A stretch of DNA of 40,723 bases, from assembly GCA_045636665.1 (NCBI GenBank), contig JAZTXY010000138.1:1-40723 (forward strand), given 5' to 3'. Numbering within the stretch: the stretch's first letter is position 1; every line of letters starts with the position of its first letter. The notes under the pieces are model-generated. The model ran no database searches, was not told the DNA's origin, and saw nothing but the letters and a program-made list of their open reading frames with translations. The stretch comes from Eubacteriales bacterium (lineage in GTDB: Bacteria; Bacillota; Clostridia; Oscillospirales; CAG-382). This document shows, piece by piece, positions 11,479 to 21,640 of the stretch. The translations under genes and the position numbers were made by a program.

Positions 11479-12765
11479 TTATTCTTCTGTGGTCGACTGA
11501 ACGTCGTCGATAGATTTCGTTACGCTGTGCTTAATGGGAGTCCATTCAACCTTTTTGAAGATTGCCGCTATTGCGATGGGGCAATAGGAAAGCATAAATA
11601 TCGGGAAGGTGAAGAGATATTTTATCATCTTGCCGGGAGGACAATCGATAACGTCCCATTCGGTTATCAGCGTGATAAAGCCGACAATAAATATAAGCAT
11701 ATAGATTATCGAGCAGAAATAGAGCAGCGGAACCATACAGAATTCAAAGAATACCGAAAATTCGGGATAATCGACAAATATCGTCATACCGTAAATAAAT
11801 TCCGCGATACAGCAGCAAAGCGAAAGAATGGTAAACATAAGCGCAGGGAAAATCGTCATAAGCATATCATAGCAAGCGAATTTACCCTTGAAAATGCCCT
11901 TGAAAAGCTTTCCGCCGTATTTACCGAATACCTGATAGAAGCCCTTTGACCAACGGAGACGCTGGTTCCAGGATTGCTTAAAGGTTTCGGGCTGTTCATC
12001 GTAAACTATCGAGCCGCCGCTGTAACCTATCTTAACACCGCGAACCGCCATATCGGTTGAAAATTCGATATCCTCGGTAAGAAGGTGATAGGGCCAACCG
12101 CCGTTGCTTTCGATAATTTCGCGGCTGATACAAAAGCCGGTACCAGAAATCGCGCAAGAGGTGTTGAAACGCATTCTTGCGTGGTTAAGATATTTTGCTT
12201 CACGCAGGAACCAAAGCGAATAACCTGCGGAAATCCAGTTGGTTCCGTAGTTTTTGGAGTTACGGTAGCTGGTGAGCGCTTTGTAGCCGCGGTTGAAGTT
12301 GATATTCATTTCCTTAACGAAATTCTTATCAACAAGGTTATCGGCATCGAAAACGATATAAGCATCGCAATCGTCCTTTTCGGCAATAAGCTTTTTGAAA
12401 AGGAAATCGAGCGCATAGCCCTTGCCTATAAGCTCTTTATTGTTACGTTCAAGAACTATCGCACCGTGATCTCTGCCGACCTGCGCGGTATTATCGGTAC
12501 AGTTATCGGCGATAAGGAAAATTTTAATAAGCTCTTTGGGGTAATCCTGACGGTTAATACTTTCCAAAAGGTGCCCGATAACGTTTTCTTCGTCACGCGC
12601 ACTGATTATAACGCCGAATTTATTAAGCTTATCGCTTTGCACCGGTTGAGATTTATCTTTTCCGAGAAATACCCAGAAAATATAGAAAAACTGATAGATA
12701 TAGCAGATAACAAACGATGCCGTAAGCACGATATTACATATTGTAAATATATCCTGAATATCCAC
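11479..12765 (-). CDS. Membrane GT2 family glycosyltransferase
   Basis: ADNCTD, GKGYAL, FDADN, LTEDIE and QRLRWSKG (QxxRW) motifs with flanking TM helices; promoter TTGACT(12826)-N17-TATAAT(12803). Confidence 0.9.
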   Translation of the reverse strand: MDIQDIFTICNIVLTASFVICYIYQFFYIFWVFLGKDKSQPVQSDKLNKFGVIISARDEENVIGHLLESINRQDYPKELIKIFLIADNCTDNTAQVGRDHGAIVLERNNKELIGKGYALDFLFKKLIAEKDDCDAYIVFDADNLVDKNFVKEMNINFNRGYKALTSYRNSKNYGTNWISAGYSLWFLREAKYLNHARMRFNTSCAISGTGFCISREIIESNGGWPYHLLTEDIEFSTDMAVRGVKIGYSGGSIVYDEQPETFKQSWNQRLRWSKGFYQVFGKYGGKLFKGIFKGKFACYDMLMTIFPALMFTILSLCCCIAEFIYGMTIFVDYPEFSVFFEFCMVPLLYFCSIIYMLIFIVGFITLITEWDVIDCPPGKMIKYLFTFPIFMLSYCPIAIAAIFKKVEWTPIKHSVTKSIDDVQSTTEE

Positions 12766-12835
12766 GATTATCCTCCGTGGGCATTAATATTTGCAAAATT
12801 ATACCACATATTATTACAAAAGTCAACCCCGACAA

Positions 12836-12864
12836 GTCATTGTGTACCAGAGGTACACAATGAC
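12836..12864. repeat. Perfect 13-bp palindromic hairpin, REP-like
   Basis: GTCATTGTGTACC-AGA-GGTACACAATGAC with no U-tail on either side. Confidence 0.6.
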
Positions 12865-12942
12865 AGTTATATTCGCTTCGCGAGTTTAATAAAAAACAGC
12901 CGATACGGGAGGGACCGTACCGGCTTACTGTTTTGATAAATA

Positions 12943-14139
12943 TTAAAGTCTTGAAGCGATCGCTTCCAAAAATTCGGTTGTATTTACCTGCGTTTTGTTT
13001 TCAAGCGTGGAAATAAGGTAAAGGTCCTTGGTCATAACGCCGCTTTCGATAGTGTCGATACAAGCATGCTCAAGCTTATCGGCAAATTCGCAAAGCTCGT
13101 CGATTCCGTCCAATTCACCGCGTTTTCTCAAAGCGCCGGTCCATGCGAATATCGTCGCAACAGAGTTGGTGGAGGTGGGCAAGCCCTTTAAGTGGTTGTA
13201 ATAGTGGCGTTGAACCGTGCCGTGAGCCGCTTCGTATTCATAAATTCCGTCGGGCGAAACAAGCACGCTCGTCATCATTGCCAACGAGCCGTATGCGGTG
13301 GAAACCATATCGCTCATAACGTCGCCGTCATAATTCTTACAAGCCCAAATAAAGCCGCCCTCCGAACGGATAACGCGCGCAACGGCGTCATCGATAAGGG
13401 TGTAGAAATATTCGATTCCGTTGGATTCGAACTTTTCTTTATATTCGGTTTCATAGATTTCGGCGAAAATATCCTTGAATCTGTGGTCGTAGGTTTTGCT
13501 TATGGTATCCTTGGAGGAGAACCAAAGGTCCATTTTCATATCAAGCGCGTAATCAAAGCAGCTTCTTGCAAAGCCCTGAATGCTCTTTTCAAGGTTGTGA
13601 ACGCCTTGGATAATGCCGTCGGTCTTGAAATCGTGGATAAGCGCACGGGTTTCGCTTCCGTCGGGTGCGGTAACGACAAGCTCTGCCTTGCTTCCTGCGT
13701 TGACCTTCATTTCGGTCGCTTTATAGATATCGCCGTATGCGTGACGAGCGATGGAAATGGGCTTTGTCCAATTACGCACGTAAGGAGGAATGCCCTTAAC
13801 GATTATCGGGGTACGGAACACAGTGCCGTCGAGAATCGCACGGATGGTACCGTTGGGGCTTTTCCACATTTCTTTAAGGTTGTATTCGGTCATTCTTGCC
13901 GCGTTGGGTGTAATTGTCGCACACTTAACGGCAACGCCGTATTTCTTTGCGGCATTTGCAGAATCGACAGTGACTTGGTCATTCGTTTCGTTACGGTGTT
14001 CAAGACCGAGGTCGTAATATTCGGTTTTGAGGTCGATATAGGGATTAAGAAGAATATCCTTTATCTGTTGCCAGATTATTCTCGTCATTTCGTCGCCGTC
14101 CATTTCCACGAGCGGCGTATTCATCTGTATCTTTGCCAT
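12943..14139 (-). CDS. icd: NADP-dependent isocitrate dehydrogenase (type II)
   Basis: [47 protein letters not shown]. Confidence 0.96.
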   Translation of the reverse strand: MAKIQMNTPLVEMDGDEMTRIIWQQIKDILLNPYIDLKTEYYDLGLEHRNETNDQVTVDSANAAKKYGVAVKCATITPNAARMTEYNLKEMWKSPNGTIRAILDGTVFRTPIIVKGIPPYVRNWTKPISIARHAYGDIYKATEMKVNAGSKAELVVTAPDGSETRALIHDFKTDGIIQGVHNLEKSIQGFARSCFDYALDMKMDLWFSSKDTISKTYDHRFKDIFAEIYETEYKEKFESNGIEYFYTLIDDAVARVIRSEGGFIWACKNYDGDVMSDMVSTAYGSLAMMTSVLVSPDGIYEYEAAHGTVQRHYYNHLKGLPTSTNSVATIFAWTGALRKRGELDGIDELCEFADKLEHACIDTIESGVMTKDLYLISTLENKTQVNTTEFLEAIASRL

Positions 14140-14178
14140 TTTTATTCTCCTTTTTGGTAGATTTTAGAGAGATTTTTA

Positions 14179-14227
14179 CTTAAGAACCTTTTTGAAAAAA
14201 GGTTCTTAAGAATCTCCAAAAACTTTC
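14179..14227 (+). repeat. Hairpin + AAAAACTTTC intergenic repeat, copy 1
   Basis: CTTAAGAACCTTTTT/AAAAAGGTTCTTAAG stem then CCAAAAACTTTC; related copies at 25683, 29228 and 29880. Confidence 0.6.
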
Positions 14228-14332
14228 AATACAATAAAATCATATATTTTTCGGCGACATGTGCATCGAAAAATATACCTATGATGTTCGCAACCTTGGA
14301 CAAGCCGAAGGCGCGCACAAGGTTGGCGCGAG

Positions 14333-14366
14333 CATGGGTTCCCTGAAAATGCTTGCATTTTTGGGG
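14333..14366 (-). repeat. CCCCAAAAA...GG(A)ACCCATG intergenic repeat, copy 1
   Basis: Minus strand CCCCAAAAATGCAAGCATTTTCAGGGAACCCATG; related copies at 21427 and 27579. Confidence 0.55.
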
Positions 14367-14372
14367 AGTTTT

Positions 14373-16295
14373 TTATCCCTTCGTATATTCAAGCAGACCG
14401 CCCGCAAGGATTATATCGCGGTCGCGTCCCGAAAGCGAGGAAACAAGCTTGATTTCCTTGCCGTTTGCATTAAGGGTGATTTCTCTGCCCTCTTTAATGC
14501 AATTTCTCAAATCGGTAAGCCTTAGCTTATCGCCGAGCGAGATGGAATCGTAATCTTCGGTATTTGCGAAGGTAAGCGGAAGAATACCTGCGTTTACGAG
14601 GTTTGCCGCGTGGATACGGGCAAAGCTCTTTGCGATGACCGCTTTTACGCCGAGATAAAGGGGAACAAGAGCCGCATGCTCACGTGAGCTGCCTTGACCG
14701 TAGTTTTCGCCGCCGATGATAATACCGCCGTTCTTTTCCTTTGCGCGAGAAGGAAATTCCTCGTCGCAAACCTCAAAGCAGAAGTTGGAAAGATAAGGAA
14801 TGTTGGAGCGGTAGGGCAAAATTTTCGCGCCTGCAGGCATAATGTGGTCGGTGGTGATGTTGTCGCCGACCTTGAGGATACATTCGCAATCGATATTATC
14901 CGCAACGGGACGGCTTTCGGGGAAGGGCTTGATGTTGGGGCCGCGAACGACCTCGACTTCTGCCGCATCATCAACGCTTGCGGGCTTGATGACCATATTA
15001 TCGTTTATCATAAACTTATTGGGCATTTTGATTTCGGGCATTTCACCGATAGTTCTCGGGTCGGTAAGCACACCGGTAAGCGCGGAAATTGCCGCTGTTT
15101 CGGGGCTTACAAGATATACCTGAGCATCCTTGGTGCCGCTTCTTCCCAAGAAGTTGCGGTTGAAGGTACGCAAGGAAACACCTGCCGATTGAGGCGATTG
15201 TCCCATACCGATGCAAGGACCGCACGCAGATTCGAGAATTCTTGCGCCCGCATCGATCATCCAAGAAAGAGCACCGCTTTCGGCAAGCATATTATAAACC
15301 TGCTTACTGCCGGGAGCGATGGAAAGACTTACGTTATCGTGAACGGTTTTGCCCTTCAAAATGTGCGCGACCTTCATAAGATCGACGTAAGACGAGTTTG
15401 TGCAGGAGCCGATACATACCTGATCGACCTTGATAGCACCGATTTCCTCGATAGATTTTACGTTGTCGGGGCTGTGAGGACAAGCCGCCGCAGGAACGAG
15501 CGAGGAAAGATCGATATCGATAACGAGATCGTAAACGGCATCGTCATCCGCCTTAAGCTCGACGTATTGGTCTTCTCTTCCCTGCGCCGCAAGGAAAAGA
15601 CGGGTGTTTTCATCAGAGGGGAATACCGAGGTACTTGCGCCCAATTCCGCGCCCATATTCGTGATAGTTCCGCGTTCGGGAACGGTGAGAGTTTTAACGC
15701 CCTCTCCGCCGTATTCGATAATTCTGCCGACGCCGCCCTTTACGCTCAAACGGCGAAGAACCTCAAGAATTACGTCCTTTGCGGAAACCCAATCGTTTAA
15801 TTTTCCGGTAAGATTAACGCGAACCATTTCGGGCATGGTGATGTGGTAAGCGCCGCCGCCCATTGCAACGGCTACGTCCAAACCGCCTGCACCGAATGCA
15901 AGCATACCCAAGCCGCCGCCCGTGGGGGTGTGGCTGTCCGAGCCGATAAGGGTTTTACCGGGCACACCGAAGCGTTCAAGGTGTACCTGATGGCAGATGC
16001 CGTTACCGGGACGCGAGAAATAAAGACCGTACTTTTTCGCACAGGTGCGGATATAAAGATGGTCGTCGGCATTCATAAAGCCGTTTTGAAGTGTGTTATG
16101 GTCGATATATGCTACCGAAAGCTCGGTTTTTACACGCGGAATACCCATTGCCTCGAATTCGAGATAAGCCATGGTACCGGTTGCATCCTGAGTAAGCGTT
16201 TGGTCGATTCTGAGGCCGATGGGCGAGCCCTTGACCATTTCACCTTCAACAAGGTGAGCTTTGATTATTTTTTGAGCTATTGTAAGTCCGGACAT
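14373..16295 (-). CDS. Aconitate hydratase (640 aa)
   Basis: DQTLTQDATG, GSDSHT, IGSCTN, CGPCIG, ITTDHI, NYGQGSSREHA; lies between citrate synthase and icd. Confidence 0.93.
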   Translation of the reverse strand: MSGLTIAQKIIKAHLVEGEMVKGSPIGLRIDQTLTQDATGTMAYLEFEAMGIPRVKTELSVAYIDHNTLQNGFMNADDHLYIRTCAKKYGLYFSRPGNGICHQVHLERFGVPGKTLIGSDSHTPTGGGLGMLAFGAGGLDVAVAMGGGAYHITMPEMVRVNLTGKLNDWVSAKDVILEVLRRLSVKGGVGRIIEYGGEGVKTLTVPERGTITNMGAELGASTSVFPSDENTRLFLAAQGREDQYVELKADDDAVYDLVIDIDLSSLVPAAACPHSPDNVKSIEEIGAIKVDQVCIGSCTNSSYVDLMKVAHILKGKTVHDNVSLSIAPGSKQVYNMLAESGALSWMIDAGARILESACGPCIGMGQSPQSAGVSLRTFNRNFLGRSGTKDAQVYLVSPETAAISALTGVLTDPRTIGEMPEIKMPNKFMINDNMVIKPASVDDAAEVEVVRGPNIKPFPESRPVADNIDCECILKVGDNITTDHIMPAGAKILPYRSNIPYLSNFCFEVCDEEFPSRAKEKNGGIIIGGENYGQGSSREHAALVPLYLGVKAVIAKSFARIHAANLVNAGILPLTFANTEDYDSISLGDKLRLTDLRNCIKEGREITLNANGKEIKLVSSLSGRDRDIILAGGLLEYTKG

Positions 16296-17653
16296 TATAA
16301 ATTATCCTTTCTGTCATCAAGTTCGATATAAGGCAATTTTCCGTGGAAGGTACGGTATGCGGGACGCATTATGCGACGGCAGGTGATGATTTCCTCAAGA
16401 CGGTGAGCGCACCAGCCCGAAAGACGGGCGATTGCAAACAACGGGGTGAACAGCTCTTGAGGGATGCCGAGCATACGGTAAACAAGGCCCGAATAAAGGT
16501 CGACGTTTGCACAGATTGCGTTACCGTAATGCATTTTGTTCTGCAAAAGCTCGGGCGCAAGCTTTTCAACTGTATGTAAAATGTTGAAGTCCTCACGCAT
16601 ACCGAACATATCGCAATGCTCCTCTGCCGCTTTACGCAATATCGTCGCACGCGGGTCGCTTAACGTATAGACCGCATGTCCCATACCGTAGATAAGACCG
16701 CTTCTGTCACCGGCTTCTTTGTTAAGAAGCTTTTTAAGGTAGGAAGCAATTTCGTCCTCATCCTTATAATCTCCGACGTTTGCTTTGATATCGTCAAGCA
16801 TTTTAACTACCTTTATATTAGCGCCGCCGTGACGGGGGCCCTTGAGTGCGCCGATACCTGCGGCGATCGCTGAGAAAGTATCGGTTCCCGATGAGGTGAG
16901 CGCACGAACCGCAAAGGTCGAGTTGTTACCGCCGCCGTGCTCGGCGTGGAGTATCAAGCATTTATCGAGCAGCTTTGCTTCCTCACGCGTGAACTTGCGG
17001 TCGAAGCGAAGCATCGAAAGTATGTTTTCCGCCATACTCTGTCCGGGAATCGGAGAGTGAAGGAAGAAGCTTTCATTATCGTAATAACGCTTTTTGACCT
17101 GATATGCCGCCGTCATTATCATCGGCATACGCGCGATTATCATAAGCGACTGACGAAGCACGTTATCGATAGAATTATCGTCGGGGTTATCGTCATAGCT
17201 GTAAAGAGCAAGCACGCTTCTTGCAAGCTTGTTCATAATATCGGGACTGGGCGCGCGCATTATCATATCCTCGATAAAGGACATGGGCGGATCGCTGTAT
17301 TCATCGATTATGGTATCGTAAAAATCAAGCTCGTTTTTTGTGGGGAGCGAGCCGAAAAGAAGAAGCCAAGATGCTTCGTCATAACCGAAACGGTCGTTAC
17401 GGTCGGTCGCATCGATAATTTCGTTGATGCTTATACCGCGGTAAAAAAGCTCACCCTCGCAGGGGACTCGCTCATATTCGTTTATAACGTAACCGTGTAC
17501 GTTACTTACCTTGGTAATACCCGCAAGCACACCCGTGCCGTCGGGATTACGAAGTCCGCGCTTTACACCGTATTTTGTATGCAGCTGTTCATCGAAAACG
17601 CTGTTTTCGGTCAGGTTCCTCGCAAGCGCTTCGATATTTAATTTATTGTTCAT
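16295..17653 (-). CDS. gltA: Citrate synthase (Si-type family)
   Basis: LHAEHGGGNNSTF, GPRHGGAN, GMGHAVY, ANVDLYSG; promoter TTGACA(17709)-N17-TATAAT(17686). Confidence 0.9.
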   Translation of the reverse strand: MNNKLNIEALARNLTENSVFDEQLHTKYGVKRGLRNPDGTGVLAGITKVSNVHGYVINEYERVPCEGELFYRGISINEIIDATDRNDRFGYDEASWLLLFGSLPTKNELDFYDTIIDEYSDPPMSFIEDMIMRAPSPDIMNKLARSVLALYSYDDNPDDNSIDNVLRQSLMIIARMPMIMTAAYQVKKRYYDNESFFLHSPIPGQSMAENILSMLRFDRKFTREEAKLLDKCLILHAEHGGGNNSTFAVRALTSSGTDTFSAIAAGIGALKGPRHGGANIKVVKMLDDIKANVGDYKDEDEIASYLKKLLNKEAGDRSGLIYGMGHAVYTLSDPRATILRKAAEEHCDMFGMREDFNILHTVEKLAPELLQNKMHYGNAICANVDLYSGLVYRMLGIPQELFTPLFAIARLSGWCAHRLEEIITCRRIMRPAYRTFHGKLPYIELDDRKDNL

Positions 17654-17819
17654 ATCATATCCATCCTTCCGTTTCCTGCAATTATATCAACTAAGTAATG
17701 CCTTGTCAATAAAAAATGCAACATTTTTAAAGTTTGTTGCATTTTCATCGCCTTTTAATCTCGATTAAATGTCTTTTTAGTGATATTTTTGCAATTTTCG
17801 GAATAAGAAATTGCATTTT

Positions 17820-18593
17820 TTATTTTGCAGGGGCAGATGCAGATTCGGAAAGCAGGTTCTTCATCGAGTAAAGTCCCTTTTGCTTTTTCGAAATATATTC
17901 CGCCGCTTTAAGCGCGCCTTCGGCAAACAATGCGCGTGTTTCGGCAGTGTGCTTGATGCTTAACGTTTCGCCGTTTCGGCTCAAAATCACTTCGTGTTCG
18001 CCGAAAATACCGCCGCAACGAATCGAAGAAATGCCGATTTCGTTGTCGGGACGCACACAGCGTCGCGCGGTTCTGTCGGTAACAAATTCGGTTTCATCGG
18101 GCATAAGCTCCTTTATTCCCTCGGCAATCATAAGAGCAGTGCCGCTGGGTGCATCGAGCTTATTACGGTGATGCTTTTCGATGATTTCAATATCGCATTC
18201 TCCGCCGAAAGCGGTATAAGCGCTTCTGCAGAGGTCGATAAGCAAATTGATACCAAGCGACATATTGCGCGAGAAGAACACGGCAAAATCCTTGGAAAGC
18301 TCGTTCATCATCGTGCGTTCGCTTTCGGTATGTCCGGTTGAAGCGATAACGCAGGGGATTCCGCTTTTACGCACAAATTCGCAAATTTCGGGAAGCGCCG
18401 TATGATTGGTGAAATCGATAAGAGCGTCTGCCGATTCCTTTACATCGCCAAGCGAGGAGTAAAAAGGAACGTTATCGAAATCGGGTGTGCCGAATTTATC
18501 GACGGCAGATACGATTTCCACGCCGTTTCTGTTTGCGGCGGCAATGATTTCCTTGCCCATTCTTCCGCAAGCGCCGTTAAGTATGATTTTCAT
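17820..18593 (-). CDS. dapB: 4-hydroxy-tetrahydrodipicolinate reductase
   Basis: GACGRMG, IDFT, IIEKHHRNKLDAPSGTA, FAEGALKAA. Confidence 0.95.
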   Translation of the reverse strand: MKIILNGACGRMGKEIIAAANRNGVEIVSAVDKFGTPDFDNVPFYSSLGDVKESADALIDFTNHTALPEICEFVRKSGIPCVIASTGHTESERTMMNELSKDFAVFFSRNMSLGINLLIDLCRSAYTAFGGECDIEIIEKHHRNKLDAPSGTALMIAEGIKELMPDETEFVTDRTARRCVRPDNEIGISSIRCGGIFGEHEVILSRNGETLSIKHTAETRALFAEGALKAAEYISKKQKGLYSMKNLLSESASAPAK

Positions 18594-18614
18594 AGTTGAT
18601 TTCCTTACGTTTAA

Positions 18615-19508
18615 TTACTTGATAAGGCCTTGCTCACGCATAAGCGCGAAAAGCTTTTCGTCGTCTGCCGCATCCATAGGACAAAGGGGCATACGGAATT
18701 CGTTGCTGCAGAATCCCATTTTTGCAACCGCAGTCTTTACGGGTATGGGATTTACCTGCATAAACAAGCCGTTCATAAGGCGGAGATACTTAAGCTGGAG
18801 AGAAGCGGCGGTTTTGAAATCGCCGTCAAGACAGAGCTTTGCGATACGGTGTGCTTCGGAGGGCATAATGTTCGAAAATACCGAAATAACGCCGATTGCG
18901 CCCATCGACATAAGAGGAACGATTTGCTGATCGTCGCCGCTGTACATATTAAGGTCGTCGCCGCACGCTTCGAGCACCTCCATCATAAGAAGGAGGTTGC
19001 CGCTTGCTTCCTTCGTCGCAACGATATTTTCGTGCTTCGAAAGCTGCTTATACGAATCTACGGAAATGCAGAATCCTGTTCTTCCGGGTACGTTATAAAC
19101 GATACAAGGAATATTTACCGAATCGGCAACGGTATTGAAGTGGCTGACAATGCCCTTTTGAGAGCATTTGTTGTAATAAGGAGTAACGAGCAACAAGCCG
19201 TCGGCACCCGCACGTTCGGCAAAACGCGAAAGGTCGATAGCATACTGTGTATTATTAGAGCCGGTGCCCGCAATTACGGGAACGCGCTTGTTAACTTTTT
19301 CTATTGCAAATTCAAGAACACGCTTGTGTTCATCGTCATCCAAGGTTGCAGGTTCACCCGTAGTACCGCAGATAACGAGAGCATCGATACCGCCGTTAAT
19401 TTGAAATTCAAGCATATTTTCAAGTGCGGCATAATCAACCGCGCCGTCCTTGAAGGGGGTGATAAGCGCGGTAGCGGCTCCCTTGAATATGGTATTACTG
19501 ATAGACAT
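18615..19508 (-). CDS. dapA: 4-hydroxy-tetrahydrodipicolinate synthase
   Basis: TALITPF, GTTGE, TPYYNK, YNVPGRT, KEAS, NPIPVK; start at ATG 19508 after GGAGG; promoter TTGACA(19575)-N17-TACAAT(19552). Confidence 0.95.
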   Translation of the reverse strand: MSISNTIFKGAATALITPFKDGAVDYAALENMLEFQINGGIDALVICGTTGEPATLDDDEHKRVLEFAIEKVNKRVPVIAGTGSNNTQYAIDLSRFAERAGADGLLLVTPYYNKCSQKGIVSHFNTVADSVNIPCIVYNVPGRTGFCISVDSYKQLSKHENIVATKEASGNLLLMMEVLEACGDDLNMYSGDDQQIVPLMSMGAIGVISVFSNIMPSEAHRIAKLCLDGDFKTAASLQLKYLRLMNGLFMQVNPIPVKTAVAKMGFCSNEFRMPLCPMDAADDEKLFALMREQGLIK

Positions 19509-19709
19509 AAAAATTTCCTCCGCGGATAAAAAAATGTATTCATTGTATTGTAACACCGAAATTGTCAATTGTCAATGTTTTGGCTGTGATTTGAGCAAGA
19601 AAAAGTTCTTTTTATTTATCACGTTACTTTGATATTGATAAAGCTATTGACTTTTTGCTTTAATATATGTATAATGACAAATAAATCTTTGAAAAGTGAG
19701 GTTTCATTT

Positions 19710-21245
19710 ATGAAAAAGTTCGCACGCACACTTGCTTTTTTGCTTTGTGCTGTAATGATGTTCTCGGTTTTCGCGGCTTGTGAGGACAGCGGCTCTGTTT
19801 CTGTTGAAGATTCGAACGCTGCCAACGAATCGGCAAACGCAGAATCTTCATTCGATGACGAAAAAGGCTTTTATGGATACGAAGGCGTTCCCGAAGGCAC
19901 TGATTACGAAGGTAAACTGGTCAGAGTTCTCACCTTGGCTTCTTACCAAGTAAAGCCCGAGGATGCTCCCGGGTATGATGAAAATAACGTTTCTACTGTA
20001 CTTGCAACAGCATCTGAATGCACCCGTTTGGTTGAACAGCTTTTGAACGTTACTGTTGAAGAAGAAGGTATTTCAACCGGCTCCCGTTACGGCGGCCCCT
20101 TCTATAAGCGCGTTCAAACGGATGCAATGAGCGACACCGCTGACTATTTGTTCATTATGCCCGCACTTACCGAAGCTGCTATGCTCGCTTCCGACGGCAT
20201 TCTTTACGACTTGAACACTCTCGTTGACCTTGACAACCCTTGGTGGTGTAAGGAATTTAACGATGCGGTTACCATCGCAGGCAAGACTTATTTTGCCGCA
20301 AGCGATATAACCACCGTAAGCGTTGCTTCCACAATGTTCGTTCTCTTTAACAAGGAACTTGAAAAGAAGAACGGTCTTGCAAGCAAATACGGCTATGAAT
20401 CCATGTATGATATGGTTGACAAAAAGGCGTGGACTCAAGACGTTATGTTTGAAATGGCAAAATCCGTTTACAACGATACCAACGAAAACAACATTTCCGA
20501 CCCTGCTGATATGGTCGGTATTTCCGCTCAGCACAACGTAGTCTTCTGGCTCCTCCGTTCGGGCGGCATTAACGTTTGTACTCTTGACGGCGAAGGCTAT
20601 CCCGAGCTTACCGTTAACAACGAACGCGCAATTTCGCTTATCACCAAGGCTCAGGAATATTGCCAGGATCCCGTTTCCGGTCTTGTTATTGCCGACGAAC
20701 ATAAGGACGGCGGCGAAGCTGTAAATCCCTGCACTCAGGCATTTATCGACGGCAGAGGTCTCTTCTTCTTCAACGCGATCAGCGCAATGGATGCTGTCCG
20801 TACTATGGAAGATGACTTCGGCGTTCTTCCCTGCCCTATGTATGACAACACTCAAGAAAACTACACCTGCAACGTTGGTGCGTGGACCTCTAACTGTATC
20901 GCTATCCCCACCTTCATTACCGGCGAAGACCTTGATCTTGCAGTTCAATTTATCGAATCTCTCGGCGCAGTTTCCCGCAAGAAGCTCACCCCCACCTATT
21001 TCGAACAAAATCTTCAATATCAAATCTCGCGCGATGACGAATCGATGAGAATGCTCGAGCTTATTAACCAAAACCGCGTTCCCGACCTTTCGGAAATGTA
21101 CCGTTGGGGTGCAATGATGCAAACCATCGCTGATTTGCGTACCGCACCTGTCGGCACCTTCGTTTCGGCTTACGATGCAATCGATGAACAAACCATTCTC
21201 GAAATCGAAGCAACTGTCGAAAAGTTCAAGAGCAGCCAAAAATAA
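19710..21245 (+). CDS. Extracellular solute-binding lipoprotein (carbohydrate-ABC-like)
   Basis: MKKFAR...VFAAC lipobox; DLDNPWW and DFGVLPCP motifs; promoter TTGACT(19647)-N17-TATAAT(19670). Confidence 0.8.
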   Translation: MKKFARTLAFLLCAVMMFSVFAACEDSGSVSVEDSNAANESANAESSFDDEKGFYGYEGVPEGTDYEGKLVRVLTLASYQVKPEDAPGYDENNVSTVLATASECTRLVEQLLNVTVEEEGISTGSRYGGPFYKRVQTDAMSDTADYLFIMPALTEAAMLASDGILYDLNTLVDLDNPWWCKEFNDAVTIAGKTYFAASDITTVSVASTMFVLFNKELEKKNGLASKYGYESMYDMVDKKAWTQDVMFEMAKSVYNDTNENNISDPADMVGISAQHNVVFWLLRSGGINVCTLDGEGYPELTVNNERAISLITKAQEYCQDPVSGLVIADEHKDGGEAVNPCTQAFIDGRGLFFFNAISAMDAVRTMEDDFGVLPCPMYDNTQENYTCNVGAWTSNCIAIPTFITGEDLDLAVQFIESLGAVSRKKLTPTYFEQNLQYQISRDDESMRMLELINQNRVPDLSEMYRWGAMMQTIADLRTAPVGTFVSAYDAIDEQTILEIEATVEKFKSSQK

Positions 21246-21252
21246 ACGCATT

Positions 21253-21330
21253 AAGAGGACGGATACACCGTCCTCTTTCTTTTTTGTTCGTTCGAAAAAA
21301 TAAAACGGCACCCGAAAGTGCCGTTTTTTT
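21253..21330 (+). terminator. Two tandem intrinsic terminators
   Basis: AAGAGGACGG/CCGTCCTCTT plus U-rich tail, and AAAACGGCAC/GTGCCGTTTT plus U-run. Confidence 0.75.
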
Positions 21331-21335
21331 ATTGC

Positions 21336-21640
21336 TTGTGCGATATGCGCCGTTATGCAAGCACGATGCAATCAACCGAAGAATAATCGATGCAGATTGC
21401 AAAAAATCGAATGACGCTGCATTTCGCCCCAAAAACGACAAGCGTTTTCGGGGACCCCATGACCTACTGCGAGGATGCCGATTTTTTATAGCATAAATTT
21501 TAATTTATGTGTTCTGCGCTATTATGCATACATTTTGAGTGCGCGGCAGAACGGATGCAGATTGCGCAAACGCAAGCGCAGCTGTAGAAACCTACTGCAA
21601 GCGCGCGTTTGTGCGATATGCGCCGTTATGCAAGCACGAT
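21336..21640. repeat. Composite intergenic repeat bounded by an exact 32-bp direct repeat
   Basis: TTGTGCGATATGCGCCGTTATGCAAGCACGAT at 21336-21367 and 21609-21640; GATGCAGATTGC and CCTACTGC each occur twice inside; GGGACCCC element at 21427-21461. Confidence 0.8.

Noticed and set aside
12943..17653. Citrate synthase-aconitase-icd cluster as novel
   Set aside because: This is the well-known oxidative TCA branch for 2-oxoglutarate/glutamate synthesis in Clostridia.
17712..17746. AAAATGCAACA/TGTTGCATTTT inverted repeat as an operator of citrate synthase
   Set aside because: It is equally explained as the dapB terminator (U-run on the minus strand), and the two cannot be distinguished from sequence.
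19509..19700. Lysine riboswitch upstream of dapA
   Set aside because: The promoter lies ~40 nt from the start codon, leaving no room, and no L-box motifs are present.
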